DNA from: Gemmata obscuriglobus
GTDB taxonomy: Bacteria > Planctomycetota > Planctomycetia > Gemmatales > Gemmataceae
DNA: 32,000 nucleotides
Reading direction: 5' to 3'
NCBI RefSeq assembly: GCF_008065095.1
Contig: NZ_CP042911.1
Coordinates: 3,570,001-3,602,000 of the forward strand
Both the position numbers and the translations under genes were made by a program. Below are positions 24,996-31,949 of this stretch, in pieces. Below the pieces are notes generated by a model. The model worked only from the letters and a program-made list of their open reading frames with translations. It did not search any database and was not told the DNA's origin. Each line of letters starts with the position of its first letter. Position 1 is the stretch's first letter.

Positions 24996-27242
24996 TCACC
25001 ACGCCCGGCCGCAGAACCACGCCCACGTCGCTTCACCCATCAGGAGCAACAACAGCGCCAGCAGGACCCACTCGGTCCATTCGCCGTGGGTGCGGCGCTC
25101 GCGGATCGCGGTCTCGGTGCCGGCCCCCGCCTGGATGATCGTTGGGCGGTACCCGAGCATTTTCTCCAGCTCTGAATCAGACACCGGTTCGAGGTTGTCG
25201 GTTTCGCGCAAATCCGGATTGACCGCGAACGTGGCGCCGTCGGCTTGAGCCCCGCCGGCCGGCACGATCGCGTATTCGCCGGCCACCAGCGAATCGGCGG
25301 TGCTGACGACCGGCCGCGCCCCGGCACCGGCCTTCGCTTCGCCGAGCTTCACCCGCAGACGGTTCCGGCCGTCGTCGCCTTTACCGGTTCGCGGGCGCGG
25401 CTTGATCAGTTCGTACCCGGACGCCGCAACCGGCGGCGCCCAGGTTAGCGTGTCGCCGGCCGTCCGCGCGCCGCCCGGAACCTTGCGGCCCGTGAGGTGC
25501 GAAACGATGTACGTGGTCAACGGGACCGCGAACTGGCCGTCTGCCATCAGCCGGCTACCCCAGGACTCGTCAAGCGGGGCGGCGAAGAAGAGCACCTCGC
25601 CGTCGCCGACCACCCGCGACGCCACCAGCGGCCGGTTGTCGGTGGTGCGGACCCGCACCCGCCCGCCGGCGGCGTCGGGGCCGGTGTCGTCCAGGTGCAG
25701 CATCCGGGTGAACGTGGCGCGGTCGATCCAGTCGGCGTAGGGCTTCACCTTCCCGAACACGTCGTCCCGGTCGTCGATGCTTTCGACCGCCGGCCGGAAC
25801 GGCGCCTCGGCGGTCGCGGCCGGGAGGTCCGGCCCGAGCGGCACGGGTAACAGCCCGGCGCCCGCGCGGCCCAGCACGCGGTTGTAGTCGCCCGGGTTTA
25901 CCAGCGGGCCGGCGCCGAAGACGAGCCCGCCGCCGCCCTTCACGAACTCGGCGAGCTGCGAGACGAACGCGGGCGGCATCCCGACGAACGGGTCGTCGGT
26001 GCGCACCGGCGCGTTCAACAGGTAGACGATGTCCTTGCCGGCCAGCTTGTCCGGCCCGACCTCGGCCGGTTGCACGGACTCCGTGGCGATGAAGTACTTT
26101 TCGATCTTGTCCCGCTCGCGCTCGGTGTCGAACGGGACCAGGGCTTTGCGCACGAACCAGTCGCCGGCGTCGGTGGCCGGCAGGCCAGCGAACGGGTGGG
26201 CCACCAGGAGCGCGTTCACCTTATCGCGCACGCCGACGATCTTGTAGAGGACGTTGTCCCCGTCGAGCCCGTCGCCGTCGGCGTACACCGCCAGCAGCCG
26301 CGGCCCGGACTCCTCAAGGCCGCCGGTGAGCGTGACCTCGGCGGTGGCGCCGGGGTCGATTTGGTCGATCTGGGTCGCGTCGCGCTCCACCGCCTTGCCG
26401 TCGAGTTCGAGCGACACCTTGATCCCGCGGACCGGTTCCGGGCCGGTGTTCTTGACCGTCACGACGAAGGGCACGCGGGTGCGGGTGTGCGGGATCGCGG
26501 CCAGTAGCTTCACGTCCACGACCGAGACGTTCGGGATCTTGCGCCCCGGGTTCCCGCACCGGACGAACACGAGGCCCGCCTTCTTCTCGCGGGCCTCCTC
26601 GCACTTCGCCCGCAGCCCCGGCTGCTGGCGCTCGAACCCGCTCTTCTGCAGGTCACTGAAGACGTAAATCTCCTTCGCCGGGGCGGTGCCGGTCTCGGCC
26701 GCCGCGAGCGCGTCGGTCAGCCCGGGCAGGACGTCCGTCGAGAGGCTCGTCACCTCGATGGAGCGAACGAGCTGCTTCGCCTGGTCGCGGTTGTACCGCG
26801 ACACCGGGCCGAGCGCTTGCGCGCGGTCGGCACAGGCGTAGATCTGCACGGACGACTGGTCGGGCAGGGCGTCGAGCACCGCGACGGCCGCGTCCTTGGC
26901 GCGCTCGAGGCGCGTTTTCTCGCCGTCGCGGGCGGCCATGCTGTACGACGTGTCGAACATCAGGACCGCGTCGACGGGGCCGTCCGATGCGGCCCCGGAC
27001 ACGGAATCGAGCGCCGGGCGGGCCAGCGCGAGGGCGAGCAGGATCAGCGCGAGGCACCGGAGCAGCAGGAGCAACCGCTCCTGAAACTTGAGGCGGCGGC
27101 TGGTCTGCTCGACGGCCTCTCGGAGCAGCTTCATCGGCCCCCACGGCAGCGGCTTGTACCGCGCGCGGTAGAAGAAGTGCAGCGCGAGCGGCACGGTAAC
27201 GGCCGCCGCGCCGAACAGCATCAGGGGGGCCTGGAACGGCAT
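24996..27242 (-). CDS. BatA-like protein: N-terminal double-transmembrane domain plus VWA domain plus C-terminal TM anchor (748 aa)
   Basis: MPFQAPLMLFGAAAVTVPLALHFFYRARYKPLPWGPMKLL...LLLLLRCLALILLALALARP is the aerotolerance-regulator (BatA) N-terminal double-TM signature. The VWA MIDAS is VDAVLMFDTSYSMAARDG. The C-terminus EWTEWVLLALLLLLMGEATWAWF is a TM segment. Confidence 0.85.
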   Translation of the reverse strand: MPFQAPLMLFGAAAVTVPLALHFFYRARYKPLPWGPMKLLREAVEQTSRRLKFQERLLLLLRCLALILLALALARPALDSVSGAASDGPVDAVLMFDTSYSMAARDGEKTRLERAKDAAVAVLDALPDQSSVQIYACADRAQALGPVSRYNRDQAKQLVRSIEVTSLSTDVLPGLTDALAAAETGTAPAKEIYVFSDLQKSGFERQQPGLRAKCEEAREKKAGLVFVRCGNPGRKIPNVSVVDVKLLAAIPHTRTRVPFVVTVKNTGPEPVRGIKVSLELDGKAVERDATQIDQIDPGATAEVTLTGGLEESGPRLLAVYADGDGLDGDNVLYKIVGVRDKVNALLVAHPFAGLPATDAGDWFVRKALVPFDTERERDKIEKYFIATESVQPAEVGPDKLAGKDIVYLLNAPVRTDDPFVGMPPAFVSQLAEFVKGGGGLVFGAGPLVNPGDYNRVLGRAGAGLLPVPLGPDLPAATAEAPFRPAVESIDDRDDVFGKVKPYADWIDRATFTRMLHLDDTGPDAAGGRVRVRTTDNRPLVASRVVGDGEVLFFAAPLDESWGSRLMADGQFAVPLTTYIVSHLTGRKVPGGARTAGDTLTWAPPVAASGYELIKPRPRTGKGDDGRNRLRVKLGEAKAGAGARPVVSTADSLVAGEYAIVPAGGAQADGATFAVNPDLRETDNLEPVSDSELEKMLGYRPTIIQAGAGTETAIRERRTHGEWTEWVLLALLLLLMGEATWAWFCGRAW

Positions 27243-27272
27243 CGCGGGGAACCCTGTCGGGGAGCGGCGTCG

Positions 27273-27827
27273 TTACCGGTTGCTCGTCAGGGGACGCTTG
27301 GCCGGGGCGGGCGGCTTCTCGGCGGACTTCTCGAACTTCAGCACGAGGACGCCCGGCGCGGACGGCTGGGGCGTGCGGGCCTTGAACTCGGTCGGCAGTG
27401 CGCCGCCGCCAGAGAACGCGACGAGGAGGTGGTCCCCGTCGAACTGGTAGATCCACTTTTCCGGCGGCTGCGGCTTCCCGTCCGGTCCGCTCGGGGTCAG
27501 GGTCAGCGTCTTCGGGTTCGCGGCGGTGTCCCAAACGACGGCGTGCGTTTCGCCCGGATCGGCGGACGATTCGCCGTAGGTCAGCTTGGTGCTCGAAAAG
27601 TGCAGCCACAGCGCGCGGTCGGCGGACGGCGATTTCATCCCGTCCCCCTTGTCCCCGCCGACCATTTTCCAGTACCCCTGGCACCGGTCCTGGTCCGACG
27701 CGGTCGCCCCGGGGCCGGACGGCCCCGGAGGAGCGCCCTCGGGAGCAGGGGCGGGTGCGGGCGTTTTGCCGCACCCGGCGGCGAGAACCGTGCCCACGAG
27801 CAGCGCGGTGAAAGCGGGCGTGCGCAT
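27273..27827 (-). CDS. Lipoprotein with TIGR03067-like (Planctomycetes uncharacterised) domain
   Basis: MRTPAFTALLVGTVLAAGC is a lipobox. Domain blocks are CQGYWKMVGG, ANPKTLTL, KWIYQFDGDHLLVAF, LPTEFK and VLVLKFEK. AGGAG lies upstream of ATG 27827, which is 17 nt after the preceding stop. Confidence 0.7.
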   Translation of the reverse strand: MRTPAFTALLVGTVLAAGCGKTPAPAPAPEGAPPGPSGPGATASDQDRCQGYWKMVGGDKGDGMKSPSADRALWLHFSSTKLTYGESSADPGETHAVVWDTAANPKTLTLTPSGPDGKPQPPEKWIYQFDGDHLLVAFSGGGALPTEFKARTPQPSAPGVLVLKFEKSAEKPPAPAKRPLTSNR

Positions 27828-27844
27828 CGGTTCGTTGCTCCTGG

Positions 27845-28579
27845 CTACTTGGTCGTCGCTCTGATCGGGAGTGTGCTCACGGGCTGGGTGCTGGCTCGCG
27901 TCCGGAACGGCGGCGGTTCGGTCGTTCTCTTCAGCGTGATGACCATCACCGCGGGGACCGCCGGCTGCCCCGCCTGGCTCGATTCCGCCCGGGGCTTGAA
28001 CTCCGTCGGCACCAACGTTTTGTTCTTCTTGATGAACGCGACCGTGAGGGTGTCGCCGTCCAGTTTGTAGATCCAGCGCCACGTTTCCGACGGGCGCGGG
28101 GGATTGGCGCTGCCGGCACCCGTTCCGTAGGCCGCTCCTCGGGAGGTGCCGGCCCGATAGGACCCCGCCCGCGCGGTGCTGAACGCCGCCGTCGCGCGCG
28201 GGGCGACCGCGGTGCCGCCGCGCGCGGTGGACACCGCCACGGGAACGTCCGGGCCGCCGAGCCGGAGCGCCAGCACCTTCGGGTTCTTGGATTCATCCAG
28301 GGTGAACGACACCGGCTCGTTCTCGCCCTGCTCGACGATGATCATCCGGTACCCGTCGAACACGAGCCGGACCTGCTTGATCATCTCCTCGGCTTCCTTC
28401 CGCTCAACGCCGGTGAGCGTCTAGATGTGCCCGTCCTCGGCGGACGTGACGGCCCAGACGCCCTGGAGCGCCTTGGCGTCTCCTCTGAGTTCGTCGGACC
28501 GGGAGTTGGGCTGGGTCGGCCGCGCGCAGCCGCCAACGGCGGCTGCGGCGATCAGTACGAGCGGGACGAACTTGCGCAT
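27845..28579 (-). pseudogene. TIGR03067-like lipoprotein gene interrupted by an in-frame TAG at codon 53 (28421-28423)
   Basis: ATG 28579 gives MRKFVPLVLIAAAAVGGCARPTQPNSRSDELRGDAKALQGVWAVTSAEDGHI*TLTGVERKEAEEMIKQVRLVFDG... and continues in the same frame as track ORF 27845..28384. The paralogous fragment at 29320-29490 has GAA (Glu) at this codon. A GAGGAA RBS precedes the ATG, 15 nt after the upstream stop. Confidence 0.65.
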
Positions 28580-28594
28580 GGACGTTTCCTCGCT

Positions 28595-29101
28595 TCACTT
28601 CGGGACGCGGGTGAAGGTCATGAGCTGGATGCCGCCCGGTGTGTCCTTGTTGTCGAACCCGCGGGGCGCCTGGTTGCCGCCCGAAGTAGCGAGTACGAGT
28701 GTATCAGCTTTGAACGTGTAAATCATCACGCACGGTAGCTCCGCTGCCTCGTCTCGAACCGGCACGCCCTTCAGGGTGGTCACCCGCGCTTCGGGCCACG
28801 CCAGCCGGGTCGGGTTTGCCGTCGTGTCGATTCGAATCACGGCGATACGCCGTTGGTTCTGTTGTTTGTCAACTACGGTCAGCTTGTTACCCCGAAACTC
28901 CAGGACGATTTCAATACGGGTGTCAGGTGGTACGTTTTTTCCGTTGATTTCCATCTCTGTGAGCTTCCAGTCGCCCTGGAGCTTTTGGAGATCCGGCTCC
29001 TCGCCCTTCATCAGGTGCCTGGGCACCGGGCCGCCCAGCACCAGATTGCCGGGGGCACAGATAAGTGCGAAGGGAACCGCGAACAGCGCGAGGAACTTCA
29101 T
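28595..29101 (-). CDS. Secreted TIGR03067-like domain protein (copy A of a tandem duplication)
   Basis: MKFLALFAVPFALICAPGNLVLGG is a signal peptide. Domain blocks are LQKLQGDWKLTEMEINGKNVPPD, IDTTANPTRL, CVMIYTFKADTLVLATSGGNQAPRGFDNK and IQLMTFTRV. Start at ATG 29101; the longer track ORF reads through the upstream leader. Confidence 0.75.
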   Translation of the reverse strand: MKFLALFAVPFALICAPGNLVLGGPVPRHLMKGEEPDLQKLQGDWKLTEMEINGKNVPPDTRIEIVLEFRGNKLTVVDKQQNQRRIAVIRIDTTANPTRLAWPEARVTTLKGVPVRDEAAELPCVMIYTFKADTLVLATSGGNQAPRGFDNKDTPGGIQLMTFTRVPK

Positions 29102-29319
29102 GGGGCGTTTCCTGGCCTGGAGGCCCGTTGCCGGTGGCACTGTTAGCAAGCGATCGCACCACACGACCGCTGGGGAAAATTGAACAGGACCGACGCGATG
29201 AGTGAGGTGCGAGGGGCCGGAGGGGGGCCGCTCTCGCTCATCTCTCTCCCGTGGATCCGGTCTGCCACCGTCTTCGGTTCCGCCACTGTGCAGCCACAGG
29301 CCGAGGGGAACAAGCCCAT
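29102..29319. repeat. 218-bp conserved leader/intergenic repeat, copy 1 (213/218 identical to 30019-30236)
   Basis: Aligned by eye, with 5 mismatches. It lies immediately upstream of the MKFLALF start codon in both copies. Confidence 0.85.
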
Positions 29320-29490
29320 GTCCTTCCGCTCCGCGCCGGTGAGCGTTTCGATGTGTTCGTCCTCGGCGGAAATGACGGCCCACACGCCCTGGAGCGCCTC
29401 GGCGTCCCCCTTGAGTTCGTCCGACCAGGAGTTGGGCTGGGTCGGCCGCGCGCAGCCGCCAACGAGTACGAGCGGGACGAACTTGCGCAT
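29320..29490 (-). pseudogene. Truncated 5' fragment (~57 codons) of a TIGR03067-like lipoprotein gene, cut off at the tandem-duplication junction
   Basis: MRKFVPLVLVGGCARPTQPNSWSDELKGDAEALQGVWAVISAEDEHIETLTGAERKD is homologous to the N-terminus of the 27845..28579 gene. After codon ~57 the ORF (track 29143..29490) runs into leader repeat copy 1 and loses all domain similarity. Confidence 0.7.
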
Positions 29491-29505
29491 GGCCGGTTCC
29501 TCGCT

Positions 29506-30018
29506 TCACTTCTGGACGCGGGTGAAGGTCAGGAGCACGACCTCCGGTTCGTTCTTGTTGTCGAACCCGCGGGGCGCCTGCTCCTGGTTGCCGCTGCGGG
29601 CGGCGAGTACGAGTTTACCAGCTTCAAACTTGTAAAGCATCACGCACGGCTTCTCCGCATCGTCGTCCTTCACCGGCCCGCCGTTCAGGTCGGTGACCCG
29701 CGCCTGCTGCCAGGTGATTCGGGCCGGCTGCGCTTTCGTGTCGAGCCGGAAGGTGGCGGTCGTCCGCTGGTTTTGTTGCCCGGCGGTCACGATCAGCGTG
29801 TCGCCGCGCACCTCCAGCCCGCTGCCGGCGTTGTGTCGGCTCATGTCGATTTCGGCTCCGCCGAGCGACACCGCCGTGAGGTTCCACTCGCCCTGGAGTT
29901 TTTGAAGCTCCGGGTCTTCGCCCTTCATCAGGTGTTTGGGCACCGGGGCGCTCAGTACCGGGTCGCCGAGGGCACAGACAAGTGCGAAGGGAACCGCGAA
30001 CAGCGCGAGGAACTTCAT
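29506..30018 (-). CDS. Secreted TIGR03067-like domain protein (copy B of a tandem duplication)
   Basis: MKFLALFAVPFALVCALGDPVLSA is a signal peptide. Domain blocks are LQKLQGEWNLTAVSLGGAEI, LDTKAQPARI, CVMLYKFEAGKLVLAARSGNQEQAPRGFDNK and VVLLTFTRV. Start at ATG 30018. Confidence 0.75.
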   Translation of the reverse strand: MKFLALFAVPFALVCALGDPVLSAPVPKHLMKGEDPELQKLQGEWNLTAVSLGGAEIDMSRHNAGSGLEVRGDTLIVTAGQQNQRTTATFRLDTKAQPARITWQQARVTDLNGGPVKDDDAEKPCVMLYKFEAGKLVLAARSGNQEQAPRGFDNKNEPEVVLLTFTRVQK

Positions 30019-30236
30019 GGGGCGTTTCCTGGCCTGGAGGCCCGTTGCCGGTGGCACTGTTAGCAAGCGACCGCACCACACGACCGCTGGGGAAAATTGA
30101 ACAGGACCGACGCGATGAGTGAGATGCGAGGGGCCGGAGGCGGGCCGCTCTCGCTCATCTCTCACCCGTGGATCCGGTCTGCCACCGTCTTCGGTTCCGC
30201 CACTGTGCAGCTACAGGCCGAGGGGAACAAGCCCAT
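30019..30236. repeat. 218-bp conserved leader/intergenic repeat, copy 2
   Basis: See 29102-29319. Similarity ends abruptly at caagcccat (30236), which marks the outer boundary of the duplication. Confidence 0.85.
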
Positions 30237-30280
30237 TTTCATCCTGATTCGTGAACCCATCTGCGGTGTCGCTTTTGTTG

Positions 30281-30347
30281 TTGACGAGCCGCGACCGCCA
30301 GGGAGCGGGGTAAGTGGCTCCGCTCCCTGGCGGTCGCGGCTCGTCAA
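30281..30347. repeat. 28-bp perfect stem / 11-nt loop hairpin; REP-like element sharing a 20-nt core with the 4498-4682 element
   Basis: ttgacgagccgcgaccgccagggagcgg (30281-30308) is the perfect reverse complement of 30320-30347. The core acgagccgcgaccgccaggg is identical to 4498-4517. It lies 42 nt downstream of the stop of the 30389..30943 gene. Confidence 0.8.
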
Positions 30348-30388
30348 GAAAGCGGCCGTGTTACCGGGTACGCGTACGAGTTCAGGCA

Positions 30389-30943
30389 TCAGGGGCGTTC
30401 CAGCACCCACACGGGCGGGCCGTCGGGCGCGTCGAACGCCGCCGGGCGCGGGCTCGGGTCGGGCGCGACGACCACCCTGGCGGTTCCGTCCGAGAACGCG
30501 TAAATCCCGCGCAACACGAACGCGGACGGCTGATCGTCGGGGCCGATTAGCGCGAGGTCGAGTTCCTTCGGGTTCGCTTCGGGGCGGAGCGTGAGCCGGT
30601 ACCGCTTCTGCTCCTGCTCGCCGACGAGGTACACCCACCGGTCGCCGGTGATCCGCACCGTCACCGGGAGCCGGGTCTCGCGCCCGTTCGGGGCGAGGAG
30701 CCACACGCCCTGGAGCCGTTCGGCGTCGTCCCGGGGTTCAAGAGACCGGAGCGCGAAGTACCCGACGGCGCCTGCGGCGAGCCCCAGCACCACGAGGCCG
30801 ATACCCCAAAACCGCTTTCCGGAGGACGGCCGGGGAGGGCCGACCGGCGGGCGTGCGGAACCGGTGCCGGCTTGCGAAAGCCGTTCTTCCCCCTTCGCTT
30901 CGGTTGGGGGTGCCGGGGGTGTCGGTTCTTCAGCCACGCTCAT
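30389..30943 (-). CDS. Membrane-anchored TIGR03067-like domain protein, translationally coupled to DUF58
   Basis: ATG 30943 overlaps the DUF58 stop as ATGA. The product has a Pro-rich N-terminus, then a TM segment FWGIGLVVLGLAAGAVGYFAL. Domain blocks follow: ERLQGVWLLAPNGRE, ANPKELDL, LRGIYAFSDGTARVVVA, PRPAAFD and VWVLER. Confidence 0.7.
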   Translation of the reverse strand: MSVAEEPTPPAPPTEAKGEERLSQAGTGSARPPVGPPRPSSGKRFWGIGLVVLGLAAGAVGYFALRSLEPRDDAERLQGVWLLAPNGRETRLPVTVRITGDRWVYLVGEQEQKRYRLTLRPEANPKELDLALIGPDDQPSAFVLRGIYAFSDGTARVVVAPDPSPRPAAFDAPDGPPVWVLERP

Positions 30944-31830
30944 TTGCGTCCCATTTGCAGCCGGCGCACGAGGTATTCCGACAGCGCCACCTCGAGCGGT
31001 CGGTTCGTGAGCATCTTGACGTAGTCTACGCCGGCCCGGTCGCAACCGGCCTGGATGTCCGCGAGGTACCGCTTCACCACCCGCAGGTACGCCGGGCGCA
31101 ACAGTTGCGGGCGCGTCCGCAACTCCTCCGCGCCCTCCAACCCGACGAACCGGATGTTCCCGTCCAACGGGAAATTCACCTCGTCCGGGTGAAGCACGTG
31201 GAACAGGATCACCTCGTGCCCGCGGAACCGCAGGTGGCGTAGCCCTTCCAGAATGGGTTCAAGGTCTTCGAGGCAGTCGGAGATCAGGCACACGATCCCG
31301 CGGCGGCCGAGCCGGTCCGCGACCTCGCCGAGCAGCGGGCCGATGCGGGTACGGTCCCGCGGCTCCGTCCCTTCCAGCGTGTGGGTGATCGCGTTGATGT
31401 GCGCGAGGGACGAACTCGCCGGCAGCTCCGCGACCCAGCCGGTGTTGAAAATGCGGAGGCTGACGGTGTCGCGCTGGCGAACCGTCAGGTACGCCAGCGA
31501 CGCCGCGAGCAGTTTCGCGAACGCCAGCTTGTTCGCGTCCCCGCGGCCGTACCGCATCGAGTTGCTGCCGTCGAGCAGCAGGTGGCACAGGAAGTTGGTT
31601 TCCTGCTCGTACTGCTTGATGGTGTACCGCTCGCTGCGCCCGTAGCCCTTCCAGTCGATGTGCCGGATGTCGTCGCCGGGCACGTACTCGCGGTGCTGCA
31701 CAAACTCGACCGAGAACCCCTTGAACGGGCTCTTGTGGTCGCCCACGCGCAGCCCCTCCACCACCTGCCGGGCTTTCAAACCCAGGGCTTCGGCGCGGGC
31801 CAGGACTCGGGGATCGAGGTAGGTCGGCAT
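30940..31830 (-). CDS. DUF58 domain-containing protein (VWA-like, MoxR-associated)
   Basis: MPTYLDPRVLARAEALGLKARQVVEGLRVGDHKSPFKGFSVEFVQHREYVPGDDIRHIDWKGYGRSERYTIKQYEQETN is the canonical DUF58 N-terminal signature (HxSxxxGxSxEFxxxRxYxPGDDxRxIDW). Confidence 0.9.
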   Translation of the reverse strand: MPTYLDPRVLARAEALGLKARQVVEGLRVGDHKSPFKGFSVEFVQHREYVPGDDIRHIDWKGYGRSERYTIKQYEQETNFLCHLLLDGSNSMRYGRGDANKLAFAKLLAASLAYLTVRQRDTVSLRIFNTGWVAELPASSSLAHINAITHTLEGTEPRDRTRIGPLLGEVADRLGRRGIVCLISDCLEDLEPILEGLRHLRFRGHEVILFHVLHPDEVNFPLDGNIRFVGLEGAEELRTRPQLLRPAYLRVVKRYLADIQAGCDRAGVDYVKMLTNRPLEVALSEYLVRRLQMGRK

Positions 31831-31840
31831 TTTAGGATTG

Positions 31841-31943
31841 CGGAATGCGGAGCGCGGAATTCGGAATCAGAAGCACACCGGCGCGGAAGCGAACGCAGTT
31901 CGGATTCCTAGCTTTCGTTCCGAATTCCGTGTTCCGCATTCCG
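31841..31943. repeat. 26-bp imperfect inverted repeat (24/26) rich in CGGAAT units, in the moxR-DUF58 intergenic gap
   Basis: cggaatgcggagcgcggaattcggaa (31841-31866) pairs with ttccgaattccgtgttccgcattccg (31918-31943). The region is AT-richer than its surroundings. Each arm contains an EcoRI-type gaattc. Confidence 0.7.
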
Positions 31944-31949
31944 GGTTCG

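Noticed and set aside
28404-28598. 64-aa ORF, and similar ORFs 28595..29509 (upstream part) and 30162..30704
   Set aside because: They are Arg-rich alternate frames or upstream extensions across the paralog genes, leaders and the 30281 hairpin. They show no independent coding signal.
29143-29490. 115-aa ORF as an intact lipoprotein gene
   Set aside because: Only the first ~57 codons are homologous to the paralog. The remainder is read-through into the duplicated 218-bp leader; the same DNA also 'translates' in ORF 30162..30704. It is called a truncated fragment instead.
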